Positions 15,722 through 29,000 of a stretch of 64,000 nucleotides of DNA are shown in pieces. Position numbers and translations under genes: made by a program. This stretch comes from Chrysomallon squamiferum (Eukaryota > Animalia > Mollusca). A model generated the notes under the pieces. The model was not told where the DNA came from. It did no database searches and was given only the letters and a program-made list of their open reading frames with translations. Where the stretch lies: positions 18,414,001-18,478,000 of the forward strand of contig CM022672.1 of NCBI GenBank assembly GCA_012295275.1, given 5' to 3'. The first letter of the stretch is position 1. Each line of letters starts with the position of its first letter.

Positions 15722-16076
15722 TATTTTTAATTACTTAATTGCAGGGAAACAAACTTTTAAAATATATTAACAAGTGCTGCCAATGCTTAACATTAGCAAA
15801 CAGATTTTCTGTTTTGTGTTTATTTTTATTTTTTTATTTTAGGAAAATATTATTTCTACATGGAAGTAAACACAAAACGTATTACAAAATGGTTCATTTC
15901 TGTCAGTTTAACTTCATTTAAATTTTTTGTTCATAAATAAATTGCATGTATATAGACTAATGTTTTGTAAATGGTTGAATTTTCACCAAGCATCCTGTAC
16001 TAAAAAGCAAAATCTCAAAATGATATCATATTAATTTGCCACAGAAAATACTTTTATTGATTGTAATTGCACTTAT

Positions 16077-16107
<31 letters not shown>

Positions 16108-19100
16108 TTGTTTTGTTTGTGTGGTTTAAGACTACCTGTTTAAGAATAGTTGACACGGTTGTGTTGTATTTCAAAGCAAGTTTTGGTTATATAAATATTA
16201 TATGGACATGGAAAGCCCAATTAAGAAAAGCATAAATATTTGAACACTTGGCATTGTCTTTCTTATGAGATATCTTTCTCCTGCTGTGGTACACCAAGTA
16301 ACTAATCATTATTAATTCACATGTTATGTTCTAAATGCCACTGGATAGAGAATATCAGCTATGGCAATTTAGTTGAAATATCTGAGAATGTTCACCAAGC
16401 TTTTTGCTCAAGCAAACGAAAGCCTATGGGGATTATGTGACGTATGACCTTGGGGTACTTGGCTGTTAAGTTTCGAGGTTGTTGTACTGTTGTATTTATA
16501 ACAGGCAGAGGCCAGCTACGGTCACTTTATGTTAAAGACCTAAAAGGTGGGGGTCATCTAGATTTCACAGTTCATCATACTGTCATGTGTCATGCCTTAA
16601 GTCAAGTATATGTCACTAAGACACAATGCTTTGTGATTTACCCTTTAAAAAAACAACTCTAAATGGAATCCCTTTATATCAGCATTCTTTACTTCTTTAT
16701 AAATAAACAAATAAATACATTTTAAAATTCTGAACAAAAGAATCTGAAACATGGGTGAAACAAAATTAAGAAGGTTCTTTTGAGTTATTTTTCAGTTTCA
16801 CGTGTGCATTTTATGCATATTAAAAAATAATAATTGTTGATTAATGTGAACTGTTAATATAGTAATTAATAGATTTTCGTATTATTTGTTGTTTTTAAAT
16901 AACATAATTAGTATAGTTACGTCATTTCCCAGTCTAACATTTGGTTTCTTTTTATACTGTTTTACTTACAATTTTTAGTTAATCTTGTAGGTCATTAAAT
17001 AATTTGTTTAATTAAGTCGTTGGTTATTTGGTACATGAATATGAATGCAAGAAATCAGTATAATTGACATATTTTATTAATAATATTTAATGTTAAAGCA
17101 TACATATTTATCAAATATAAGATAAATGGAAGACATATTTGATGATAATCAAACATTATTGATTTATATATTAAATGCATTTTAATACGTAATTCATTTA
17201 ATTCATTTGAGATACTTAACTGAATAATACATTTGAATATATATTATAAATCAGTAGCTGTTATTTTTAATTACAGTGAACTCGAATGAGCTGTTGTATG
17301 TATTGTTTATCAAGTGTAATTCAATCATTGGTAAATGCCCTTGTTGTATAGGGCTGACAGTGAGACAAAGGATATTGCCTGTTGCCAAACTCACTAGAAA
17401 ATAGTGGAATATTGACAGCAAGGAAAATATTGATTTGCGATCGGAGAAATGAGAAGCAGCAAGCCAGTCAATGGGTGTAGTTTATATCAAACATACACAG
17501 CGGATGTGAAATTGGATTGCAACAAATAACAATGTATTTTTTTTTGTTTAAAAGAGATTATATTTTTGTATATTTTTTTACTTTATGGAGTTTATTTCAA
17601 TATACCTATTAGAACTAAACAAATGCTCCTTATTTGTAACAAAAGACTACTGACTTTACAGTTTCCTGTGCATGACACCATCTGGGATATTCTTTCTAAA
17701 GATGGTTACAAAGGTCATAGAGAACAAACTATAGAGGAAAAAAAAACTTATTTACTTTTTAAAATATCTGACTCTATATATCTGACTCAGTATGATGTAA
17801 TGCTTAGTTCAGAACATAAGCCTGAATTAAATCATTGCATTATATCTAGCTAGTCCTCTGTGACTGGTCTATGCTTTGCTGTAAAAGGTATTTTGTTAAC
17901 TGATGAGAGTAGTCCATAGATCCTAACAACACCAAAATCCATCAGAAACAATCATGCTTATGTGTTAATAATACAAAGTGTTTAAGTGTCAGTAAAATAT
18001 TTATTTTAAAGTTCAAAACACATATTTCATTTTATTTACGTTTTTACATGTAATTTTAATTTTGATCCTACTCATCTGAAATTTTTGTCACAATTTATTT
18101 TTAATCAGATTATATTACTGTAAAATTCTAATATAAAAATAATTTCTGCACATAGATGTGTAATTTGTATATATATTTTTTTTGGAGTAAATATTTGCCA
18201 TTCCACCATTATTTGTGACAATAGTATAATTTTGTCCTTATTATTATTTTTTATTTTTTTGATATTATATATATATATATATATATATTTTGTTAGTGTC
18301 TATTTATAGCATATAATTGACAACATTTTCAAAGAAATCATTCCAATCATTTTTCATGTCCTCAAACTAATTGTAAATAATTTTTTTTTTTGAAATTTTC
18401 AGTATGCCTCATGCTGCATATCTCTGTATTCTTTCCATATGTAATAGAATACCTAATGATGATAAATAATAACACAGAGAGAGGGAGAGTATTCAAACCA
18501 GAACCATACTTTATTGTGGGTCCATAGGGAATCGGCCATATGTATCAAGCCAGATGTATTAGAATGTATCCATCACATTTCATTACCTTGCTACAAGCCC
18601 ATATCCTGCACAAACTTTCTACAGATCAGACTGGATTATTAGTGATTCATCTCTTCCTCGCTTTTTAACTTGTGTGGCTTCTCAGTAGTGCAGTCTAAAA
18701 TGTAATTGTTTCATACAAGAACAGATACTTCATGATGATGGATAGCATTTCACTGGACACAAAACAAAATATTTATTACATTTCAAATGTATAAATCAGC
18801 AGGCTTCTCTCTCAGACTGAGAAAGACATGGTGATAGCAAAATCTTGTAAAAAAAAAAATATCTCTTAGTGTTCTTTTTCAAACTACATCATCCTTGTAT
18901 GACACCTGAAGATAAGCGATATATAAACAATATGGATTCAAAGCAGATAGATTGTGTGTTATAGGGGCAATGAATGAATGTTTTAACATTAATAGTTATT
19001 AGATGTCAAACATGAGATGATATTTGGAGGAAACACATAATGCCACCATCCATGATTAACCGGAAGGGACATTTTAATAAACACCTTTCCATAGGCAGGG

Positions 19101-22100
19101 GAGCAGATATCATGACAAAATCAGTTGCGAAATACCACCTGGAGCAAACACACAATTAGGTGAAAAATAATTCAAAGTATGATCAATAGTGTTTATTTAC
19201 ATTGTTTTTTGTTTTTCTTTAAGTATTGTACGAGTTGTTTGGTGTGTAGTTGTGTGTGAAAATGTAAACTAAAAGAATAATACTTGATCAATAAGCAGAA
19301 ATATTTTATAGGGGAAATAAAAAAATGTAAAAAAAAACACTGAGAAAATCCTTGAAGCTAAATCCTTTTTTGTCTTGTATTATTGTTGGAAATATGTAAA
19401 TAATTTTTTTTTTTTCTGATGTTATACAGAAAACACATTCAGTTTATTAATGGCAATCATACTTATCTGTATCCAGAAAATCACAGAAATTTTATTTATT
19501 TTAATGATAAATAAAATGTTTGCTGATTTATAAAGATATGTAAAAAATAACAATACAAAAAAATATCTTAAAAGTAATATCAAGCAAATTAAAATGGACC
19601 AATGCACACAGCAGAAAATAAATGGCCTAGAATGTAATATGTGCTTAAAGAAATGTAGTATCTTTCGTGTCTTTTCCAATCAACATTTAAGTTTTTTTTT
19701 TTTTTTTAATTTTTACATTATGAAACAATCAAAAGAGTCAGTTTTAATTAAATTAGTGGTTACACTGGAATAGATGTTATATTTGGGAATATGTGTGGTG
19801 AATTTGGATTTGAAATAACTTTGAAGAAGAAAATAAAATTAGCATTATAAAGATTAAAAAATAAAAAAATAAAAAGAGGGCTTAAATCCCAAGTGTATTT
19901 CCCTAAATTTTTGTTTTCAGTCAGTGCTGTTTTGTTCAATTACTAAGTTGCAGCAATAGCATATTGTGAATAGACAAAATAAACATTATTATAAAACAAA
20001 GTCAAAAAAACTATTTCAGAAAATATCGGCAGTGATTTCAAAATATGTTTTAAATCTTTTTGAAAAGATATTGGGTATTTGTACATTATTTGTTAATTAA
20101 AAACTTACTTAATATAATGGAGGAACAACAGAAAATATTTTTTTCATTGGTATCGTTGTCTTACATTAAATTGTTCATGCACCTGTTTTAGTTGTATCGA
20201 CAAACAGACAAAAATCACACACACAACACACATGCACAAGTTTGACAGAAATGCACCAAGTTACATCATAACAGTGATTTCGCAGTGGATGAGTGCTATT
20301 TCTCTCTGCTGTGTCCAGATAAATGTAGAAGTCGTGACTTCCTGCACTTGGTCAAAGGATGCTCAGCTTCTGCTTGGGCAAGTTAAAAGCAAATCAATAC
20401 AGCTCATATAAATTACTGACCTCAAGTTACAAGTAACCTTTAATGAGCATACAAATTAAGCCATGCATAGAGATTGAGTGTCTTCTGATATTTACTTTCT
20501 TTCTTTTTTTTTTTCTCATATAATAAAAATTTTATTTAGGTTGAATATTGTGGATATCATTGAAAATGGTAATAACAGACTAGTGTTCTGAAATTCACAT
20601 ATAAGCAAAAATAAAATTGGACTTGTCCCAGGCATTGTTTAGATGTTTTTGCTGTTAACTGTAATTACAATTAAGAGGAAACAAAAAATATATTTATATG
20701 TACACCCACACACATGTACATGGAGTATAGATATATATATATTTAAATTTATTCTATTAATAATAGAAGTAAAATTTTATAATCAGTACACGATTTTCAT
20801 GTAATTTTTTATTTTTAAATTTATTCTTTTTGTGTTGAAAATTGTTTAACTGTTTTGACAAATCTTGTATTTTTTTATAAATTGTCTTAATCTTCCATAA
20901 TTACATCTTGAGTTTATCGCATGTTTTATTGTTTTAAATGCATACTTAAATATGTGTGCATATTAAATGTATCCATACCCAAGACATTTAACACAATATC
21001 TCGACATACTAACCATTTGAAAGCATAACATTATTATTGTTTATTTGTATAGAAACATATTAACATAAATTTTATTTATTTATTTATTTATTAAATTGGT
21101 TTGTTTTTATTAAATTATATATATATATTTTGTCTTTATTATTTTCATGTTATTACTTGACACATGCTATTGTATATTTGCTTTAATATTTTACATCTTT
21201 TTGTTTTTTTTTATGTTATTTTAAAGCATGTTGAATTAATATTTTTATATTGCAATTATCAGACTTCATTAAAGTTGTTTAATTTTCTCCTTCTTTTTTA
21301 TTTATTTTCAGTTACACATTTCCAACCATGCAAAGCCTTGGAGAAGATCTTGTTTGTGTTTTGGATCAACTTGAGTATGTCAAATATACCAGTGGCCCTT
21401 TTACAAGGATAATATGAAAAATAAAATATTTATACACTAATATATAATTTAGTTGCTCCCAAAGCAATAATTGTTACATTTTCTTAATACTCTAAACAGA
21501 TGAGCATAAAATATATATAATGAAAAAATAATGATAACAAATGCATAAATTTAAGTAATTTTATGAAATATTGTGTTCATTTAGTTATGTAATTTTTTAA
21601 TTATCAGCTAAATATATGTACATATATCATACTTTTATTTTGAAAAAAAAAAAAGAATACAAACACTGGAACATTAATATTAAATTATTAAATTCTCATT
21701 TGCATGATATGGCAGTTTTCAATTAATTTTATTTTCAGAAATGAAATAAAAACTACTTGTTTATAAACAAATCTATGAAACATTTGTCGCATTTGGTTGA
21801 ATATTAATTTTTTTTTTTTCGTATTAGTTATTTATTTTAAAAAAAAATGTCCTGTATTTATCAGAGACATCAGAGACATCAAACTGCAATCATAAATAAA
21901 ATAAACACAACAGCTGCTTTTGTTAATTAACTTTTCCAAATTTTAAGACTTTTTTCCACCAACTAAATTAATGCGGAAATAAGTTTATGCTTTGAAAACT
22001 GAAACATTATTATACTCAATTTATACTGATTATACAGGAAAAAATCCACTTAAATCATAACCAATACAGGTACTTTCAAATGCATTGTTCTGTTAATAAT

Positions 22101-23022
22101 AATTTTGTTCTGTTTTTAATATTTTAGTGTAAAACAAGTTGTTGGATTAGGAGAAGGTGCAGGTGCCAACATCATCCTTCGATTTGCTGTAAGTATTATT
22201 TTCTTTTAACGTTAGACATATTATTCTTATCTGTCTTCTTACCTTCACTGATTATTTATCAAAGAGTCATGATTAAATGGATGGTTTTTTACAGAATATT
22301 AAGTCACGTACATTATAATTATAGAAAACAAATATTAATATAAAATAAAAGACAACGTTATTAATATAAAAAAACCTAATGATGAGATAAACTTAATTGT
22401 GTCATGTATTACTAATAGAAAAGGTTTACGTATACTTATGATTCTTCTGTTCATGATCAAATTTACAAAAGCTGTCTGTCTGTGTGTTCATGGTTGAATA
22501 CATAAATCAATGCTACAGCTGATGTTGCTATGGTTGACTGAAAACAAAACCCCCAGAAACTAACCAAAACAACAACTATAAAACAATAAAAGAAAAAACA
22601 AAAGCAAAACAAGCAACTAACCAATAAATAATAATAAATAATAAGTATATAATGAAAAATGGTTTCTTGACAGATTTATTACTCTGCAGTATAATACCAT
22701 CATAATGTAGCATCCTGAATAATTCACATAAAACATAATGAATGATAATCCATAATAAATAATACATAAATTGTTATTACTATATAAAATGTATGTAAAA
22801 AAAGAAAAGAAAGTAAATAATATGCAGCTAAGTCAGAAAGAAATTTTTTTTATATATTAATTTAATATATTTTTTTTGTTCATTAGAGACATTATAATAC
22901 ATGAATATAGCAAGTAAATAAATGTATGTTAGACACTAAATTCTATCAACTAGTTCTTTGTCAGTTAAATCTGCACTGAGCTTGTCTGCCTTTGCTGTTA
23001 TGGTTACTGGCAGGTAACTATA

Positions 23023-23089
<67 letters not shown>

Positions 23090-26000
23090 TGATAATTTCC
23101 AAAATGCAGTACAAGTAATCTTAGACTAATCAGTTTTTTTGTACTTGTTTATGAATTTATTTCTGTAATAAAAGCTTATCAAATACTATGCACACTGAAA
23201 TAATGCATTTGCTATTTTTATTTTCATCCATGCAGACACACACTCAGACAGACATAAAAACACACACATATACACATTTTTGTACAAACACACAAACTTT
23301 GTCATGTTCTGGCTTGTTTCAGAAAGTTCCATCTTCTGCAGTTGTTGGCTATTGTAAGAACTGTAATAAATGTAATATAAATCTAATGTTTTTCTAACCA
23401 TACTGTACTGCAAAAGTTCACATATACTTTCAACACTGTGTACTTCATTTTTTTAATTATTATTTTTTTTTATATCAGTTGGCTCAACCTGGCCGGGTTT
23501 TGGGAGCCTGCCTCATACACTGTACAGGACAGCAAGCTAATTTCATGGAATCTATGAAGGAGAAGGTAAATAAAACAACATGAACTTCACAAATACTTTT
23601 TTTTTATTGTTATATGTTAATGCAGACCTGTTCAGAATAATAACAATAGACATGAATCAATAGATGGATATAACATAAATAACTCAGATCAGTTGGATTT
23701 TCATAGTATATAACAGTATATTCATATATATATATATATATAAGTAATAACAAACAACATATAATTCTTCTGTTAATAGAGGAAAAATTCCCAAAAGATT
23801 AACTGTTAAAAATGCTGTGAATTAATTTTGTATTTTTGGCAAAAATTAATAGTTTTGCATTTGAGTCTTATTATGCACTACTGGATCTTTTTTTTTTTTT
23901 TTTTCCCCCCACAGGATGGTTAATGTTTTAAGGCAGTTTTTAAGAATGAAAATATATTTTATATCTTTTTATGAAAATACATCCTTTAAAATCAGGTGAT
24001 TTAATTAAAGTTGTAATTTTTTATTTACTTTTTTCATCTTTTATTAAAAGCATATAGTTTCTTAAAGTAATTCCAAACTGTGGGAACATTTGAAATTCTG
24101 CAGATAAAAGTTGGTTCAATTTCAACTTTAATTTTCAGATGAATACCTGGAAGCTTGACCAGATTGGCATGAATCCATCAGCAGAAGCCTACCTTGTCGT
24201 TCATCGATTTGGAACTGTGAGTTTACATGCCTTTGTTGACATTAAATCTATGTTTTTGTAGCCTTTGGAAATGCTCATGCATATTATTTCATAATTTTAC
24301 TCTTTTTTGTCTTCTCTCCCTATAGGCTCACAAGAACATACTTAAACATTCACTTAAGAAGCAGAAACAATTTGTGGTATTACATAATGTTTGTTCAGAG
24401 TTAACAGTTCAGATAACATGTTACTGTTAGGATTTCTGCAGAAACTAAAAACATGAAATTAAGTGTCTCTGAATAATCTCTATCCTTTTTTTTCTTTCTC
24501 AACAGTTAATTGATTTAAGATATCTGGTTAAGTGTTTTTTTCTAAAAGAGATTAAATTATGAATAAGAAGACTTAGAAGTGTTTTAATGTTATAACCATT
24601 GAGCGTCTTCTTAAAAGTAATGTTATATGGATAATGTATTTTTTCAAAATTTTGTATATTAAAGTGAACATTTTATTCTGAATAACTATTTCTTTGAAGG
24701 GATAAAATAAAAATATGAATATTTATTGGGGAATGTATAATGCATATATTGAGGGTCTGAGAAAAAAGCTGTGTTAATATATTTAGATCTGGAAGAATAT
24801 CAATTTCTGAGAAAAATTCAGAATAAATATCTGTTCATGGATTGAGATGAAAATTCTGAATAATTTTGTATTTGCAGAAGGTTTAAGACAAAAATTCTGA
24901 ATAAATATCAGTTTTCAGATAAACTGAGATAAAACTTCTAAATAAATATTATTTAAGTGAAATAAAATTCCTGGCTATGCAATATATACTAGATAGTTTA
25001 AAATAGAAAGTTTTATCTGTATATATTCAGTTAGTTACAAGTTAGATTTAAAATGAAAGAAGTGACAGAAGAAATTCTTTTATGAATCAACTCCAAGGGC
25101 CTAATTAAAAATAAATTTATACTATTAGCAAATATTTATTTATTTTGAAATGAAGTTGTGAGACATTAGCGATAGTGACATTAATAGTACTATATTTGAA
25201 ATTCTTTTCAGTCTTGTTTTTACTTTTTGCAGAAAACCTTTGGTTATGTTTATGATAATTAAAATAATTTTTCATAAGGATATTGGCTTTTAATTGTTAT
25301 TTGATGCACTACTGCACTGTTTTGTTGTTAAACTTGAGCTGTACTTGTATCAGTTTTTTCAAAACAGAATAAGTTGATTTTTGTGGCGATACTTGTCTAT
25401 TTGCAGAACAAAAATTGGCTGTTATCTGATAATGGATAGTTTTTTGAAAATGAAAAAAAAAAAAAATGTTGTAAAGAAAACATTCTACGCTTTGCATGTA
25501 TTGAAACCATAAGTCTAGCCAAGGTTGTATGAAAGCATTTTTTTAATCACAAGATACATTCACATAAGTCACTTCCCATAAATATGCTAATTTATAATTA
25601 GTAATTCCTGTTGGAAATTGTTACTTTTTTCACTTTATTATTGGGAAATAAATATTACAAAAAACATGAAAAAATTATAAGAAAAAGAACATGAATACCA
25701 ATTTTGATGAAAATCACCATATATTTAAAATTTAAATAATACACGTGGTATTTTGTTTTTAAAACAAAAAAAATTAAATTTTAAAAATAAAAATAAAATA
25801 TATATATATTATTACTTTGAAATATCTATATGAATTAGACTTGAAGAAGAAGAGAAAAGAAATGTTACAGAATTATTTCTTCAATTAAAACTTTTGCTTG
25901 GCATTTTCACTGTATTTTGTTCATTTGATTTATTTCACTGATATTTTCAAACATTTTGCTTATGCCGCATGTATTAGACAATGTATTTTATCGTTTTAGT

Positions 26001-29000
26001 TTGCTAAAATACTTGAATATGAAGCAGTTTATCATATATGTATTTATGTACATGCCTTTATATTTTCACGCATGCTAAAAGCACTTTTAGAAATGAGGAT
26101 GCTTTACCATTATTTTATTTTATTGCATATGTCATGTGGGGAAAATTTCTTTTGCATGTAATTTGAGGTCATTTTAAGTTTATTTATAACCATGCAAACA
26201 TTTTTTTTGATTGTAATATTATTTAAAAAATTCTAAAGCATGTTTTCTCACAAATAACTGTTATCTTCCTAGCTTTCAGTTTTGTTGTTTATATACATAA
26301 ATATCTAAGCTTGAATGACCAAGTGTTACATGTTTCTCATTTATTCCCCAGAATATATATTTGTTGTTTTAGATTCTGACTGAACTATATAAATATTCTT
26401 GAGGTTTCAAATAACCCTTGTATTATCAGATGGTAGTTGATGTGGTAAATTGCTAATAATACAGCTAATCGTTTGCTTTTGCTCTTTATTTCATGTCTTT
26501 GTGGCTCTAGATGTCGCAAGAGGTAACCTGTATCCAGCTGTCTTTTGTTTTCTTCTTTAATCCATTTTATCCAACACCTTTTAGTTTTAATGACAGTAGA
26601 TGTACAATTCATATTTGTTACTATTATTATTATTATAATTTTTTTTTTTTTTATATTGTATATACAGTTGTTTTATTTATATACACATAACATAACTGAC
26701 AGTATAATTTTTTCTACAGGGGAAGAGGTCTAATATTAATATTAATATACATTAATTTTAGTATAGCATTACTAATGCTTTTAATTGTCATCTAGCTTTG
26801 ACAGGGAAGCATTCTTTTTAATTCTCTCTTAACAACTAAACAAAAACAAACAAAACTGAGTTTAAATTTAACTCTTAATTATTTATTACAAATAATTTGT
26901 ATGCACCTAAAGCTATTCTTATGTATTAAATCATTAATTATGAATACTAAAATATTTGGTTTCATCTAGTTCTTAAAACAATATACTCATTAAGAAATGT
27001 AAATAACACTGTTTTTTTTTTTTGGCTGCATGTTTAATAAATAATTTATGCAGTGGAATGTTTGTATATCTTCTACTAACAAATATTTATATTAATACGT
27101 TAACAAACTGGAACATAATCAGAAAATAACTAAATTTATAATTCTAATTTTGTGTCTTCACTGAGTTAAAATAGACTGAGATTTTAATACTTTAGAGATG
27201 TAGTTTCTAAATATATTATTAAAATAAAGTAGTTTTCTTTGCACTGTCATTTACAGTCAGTTTGCATGTCTGTCTGTCTGTTTATTGAAGGAAAAATTGA
27301 TGAATGTAATTATTTTATGCTGAAAGTGGAAAAGAAACAGTACTGAGTGGATCAAAGTTTATTTTTTCAATTTTTCTTGAAAGTAATTTATTTTTTAATA
27401 TATTTATTTATAAAATTTAAAAATATTACTTTATTAAAAACTATTTTTATTTTTTATTACATGCATTGTTTTTTATTTCAGTTTTTGCAAGGTTCCATAA
27501 TATTGTACAAATTATTGAAGTGTTTTTAATTTACTTTTTGAGAAATTATTATTTTTTATTTGCTTTTTCTTTAATTTCAGTTTTTGCAAGATTCTGTAAT
27601 ATTGTACAAATTATTAAATTGATTTAGTAATGTATGCTGTGTCAGTATGTTTTGAAATTTATCTTTAATCTGTTCTGAATAATTTTATTAAAGCTTTATC
27701 ATCTTCAGTAACTACACAAACATAAAACACTTCAATGTGTCAGTAAAGTTGTGAGAAAATTAAATAACTCTTGACCTAAATGCCTAAGCTAATTAATAAT
27801 GAATGAATTAACCGAAATATGGTCATATCTTTTACGGAATATAAATGTTAATGAAGCATTTTGTAACAAATAAGATTTCTGTTCTAAAAGAAATACCTTA
27901 ATGTGTATGTGAGTCTAATGATTTTCTGTTACATTATATTAATATAGTATCTTTTTAGTATCTATGTAGTAACTGTTTCCGTATTATACTACTATACTTG
28001 TTTATTCTCTAGTAATTAGTCTAGTGGTTTATTTTCCTGCCCAGATTGTTGAACTGAATGTGTATGTGTGTGTGTGTGTGTTTTACACAGTGTATATTAT
28101 ATGGTGAGTACAAGGTCAGTAAATTGAGAAGGTATGTTTCCTTAGTCTGATGTTGACAGAATGATTATTTATTACATCAAATGTAAGTACCGTGGTATAG
28201 AATCTCAGCACACCTGTACCAACTGAAATACTTTTTAAGATTATTGTATTATGTGATGAGTACCAGATCAGTAAATTGAGAAGGTATCTTAAAATTTAAC
28301 ATATTTTCTTTGTCTGATTTTGACAGAATGATTACTGTATTACGTAATAAATGTTGCACAAGGTCAGACTTAAGTACCACGGTATAGAATCTCAGTGCAT
28401 CTGTACCAACTGAAATACTTTTTAAGAGAGAAATAACAAAAACATTTTGCACAAAATAAAAACAATTTTTGAAAAAAATTAAAGGGTGAAATTATAATAA
28501 TTAAAAATGAACACCAATAGCAGCATTAATTAAAAAAACCCCACTAATTAATCAAATATATATAATAATAAAAGAAAAAAAAAATCAGTTTTTCTCTCCC
28601 AGTAATGTCTTAATTATTTCCAGAAAGCACATTTCTGAAATTCAGCTGGATATATATAAATGAAAATAATCAATGATCTAACTGTTGTAATCTTCAATGA
28701 TTATTGTATTTTTGTTATTAACTATTCATTACAGAAATATAAATAGCCAAATCTTTACACTGTTTATAAATGTTTTAGATAGCAGATTCATTAGTAGTTG
28801 TTGTAGATGATTATTTTTAATATATATTTTAAATTTAGCTTGACAGCTATTTTTCACAATATTTCTTTGATTTATAATTTAATGTGTACATATATATAGT
28901 TTGTGTGATTGCTTTGGAATTAGAAGAAATTTAATTCTTCCTTTAGTAGTTCTTAAAAAAGAAATCAAATGTTTTAAAGGAAAATAAATGTACACCTCAA

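Noticed and set aside
17895-17952. CTGATGAG...GAAAC hammerhead ribozyme-like core
   Set aside because: The intervening sequence cannot form stem II.
28253-28317. Possible intronic C/D-box snoRNA (GTGATGA...CTGA)
   Set aside because: There is no terminal stem or recognisable rRNA guide, and the duplicate copy lacks the C box.
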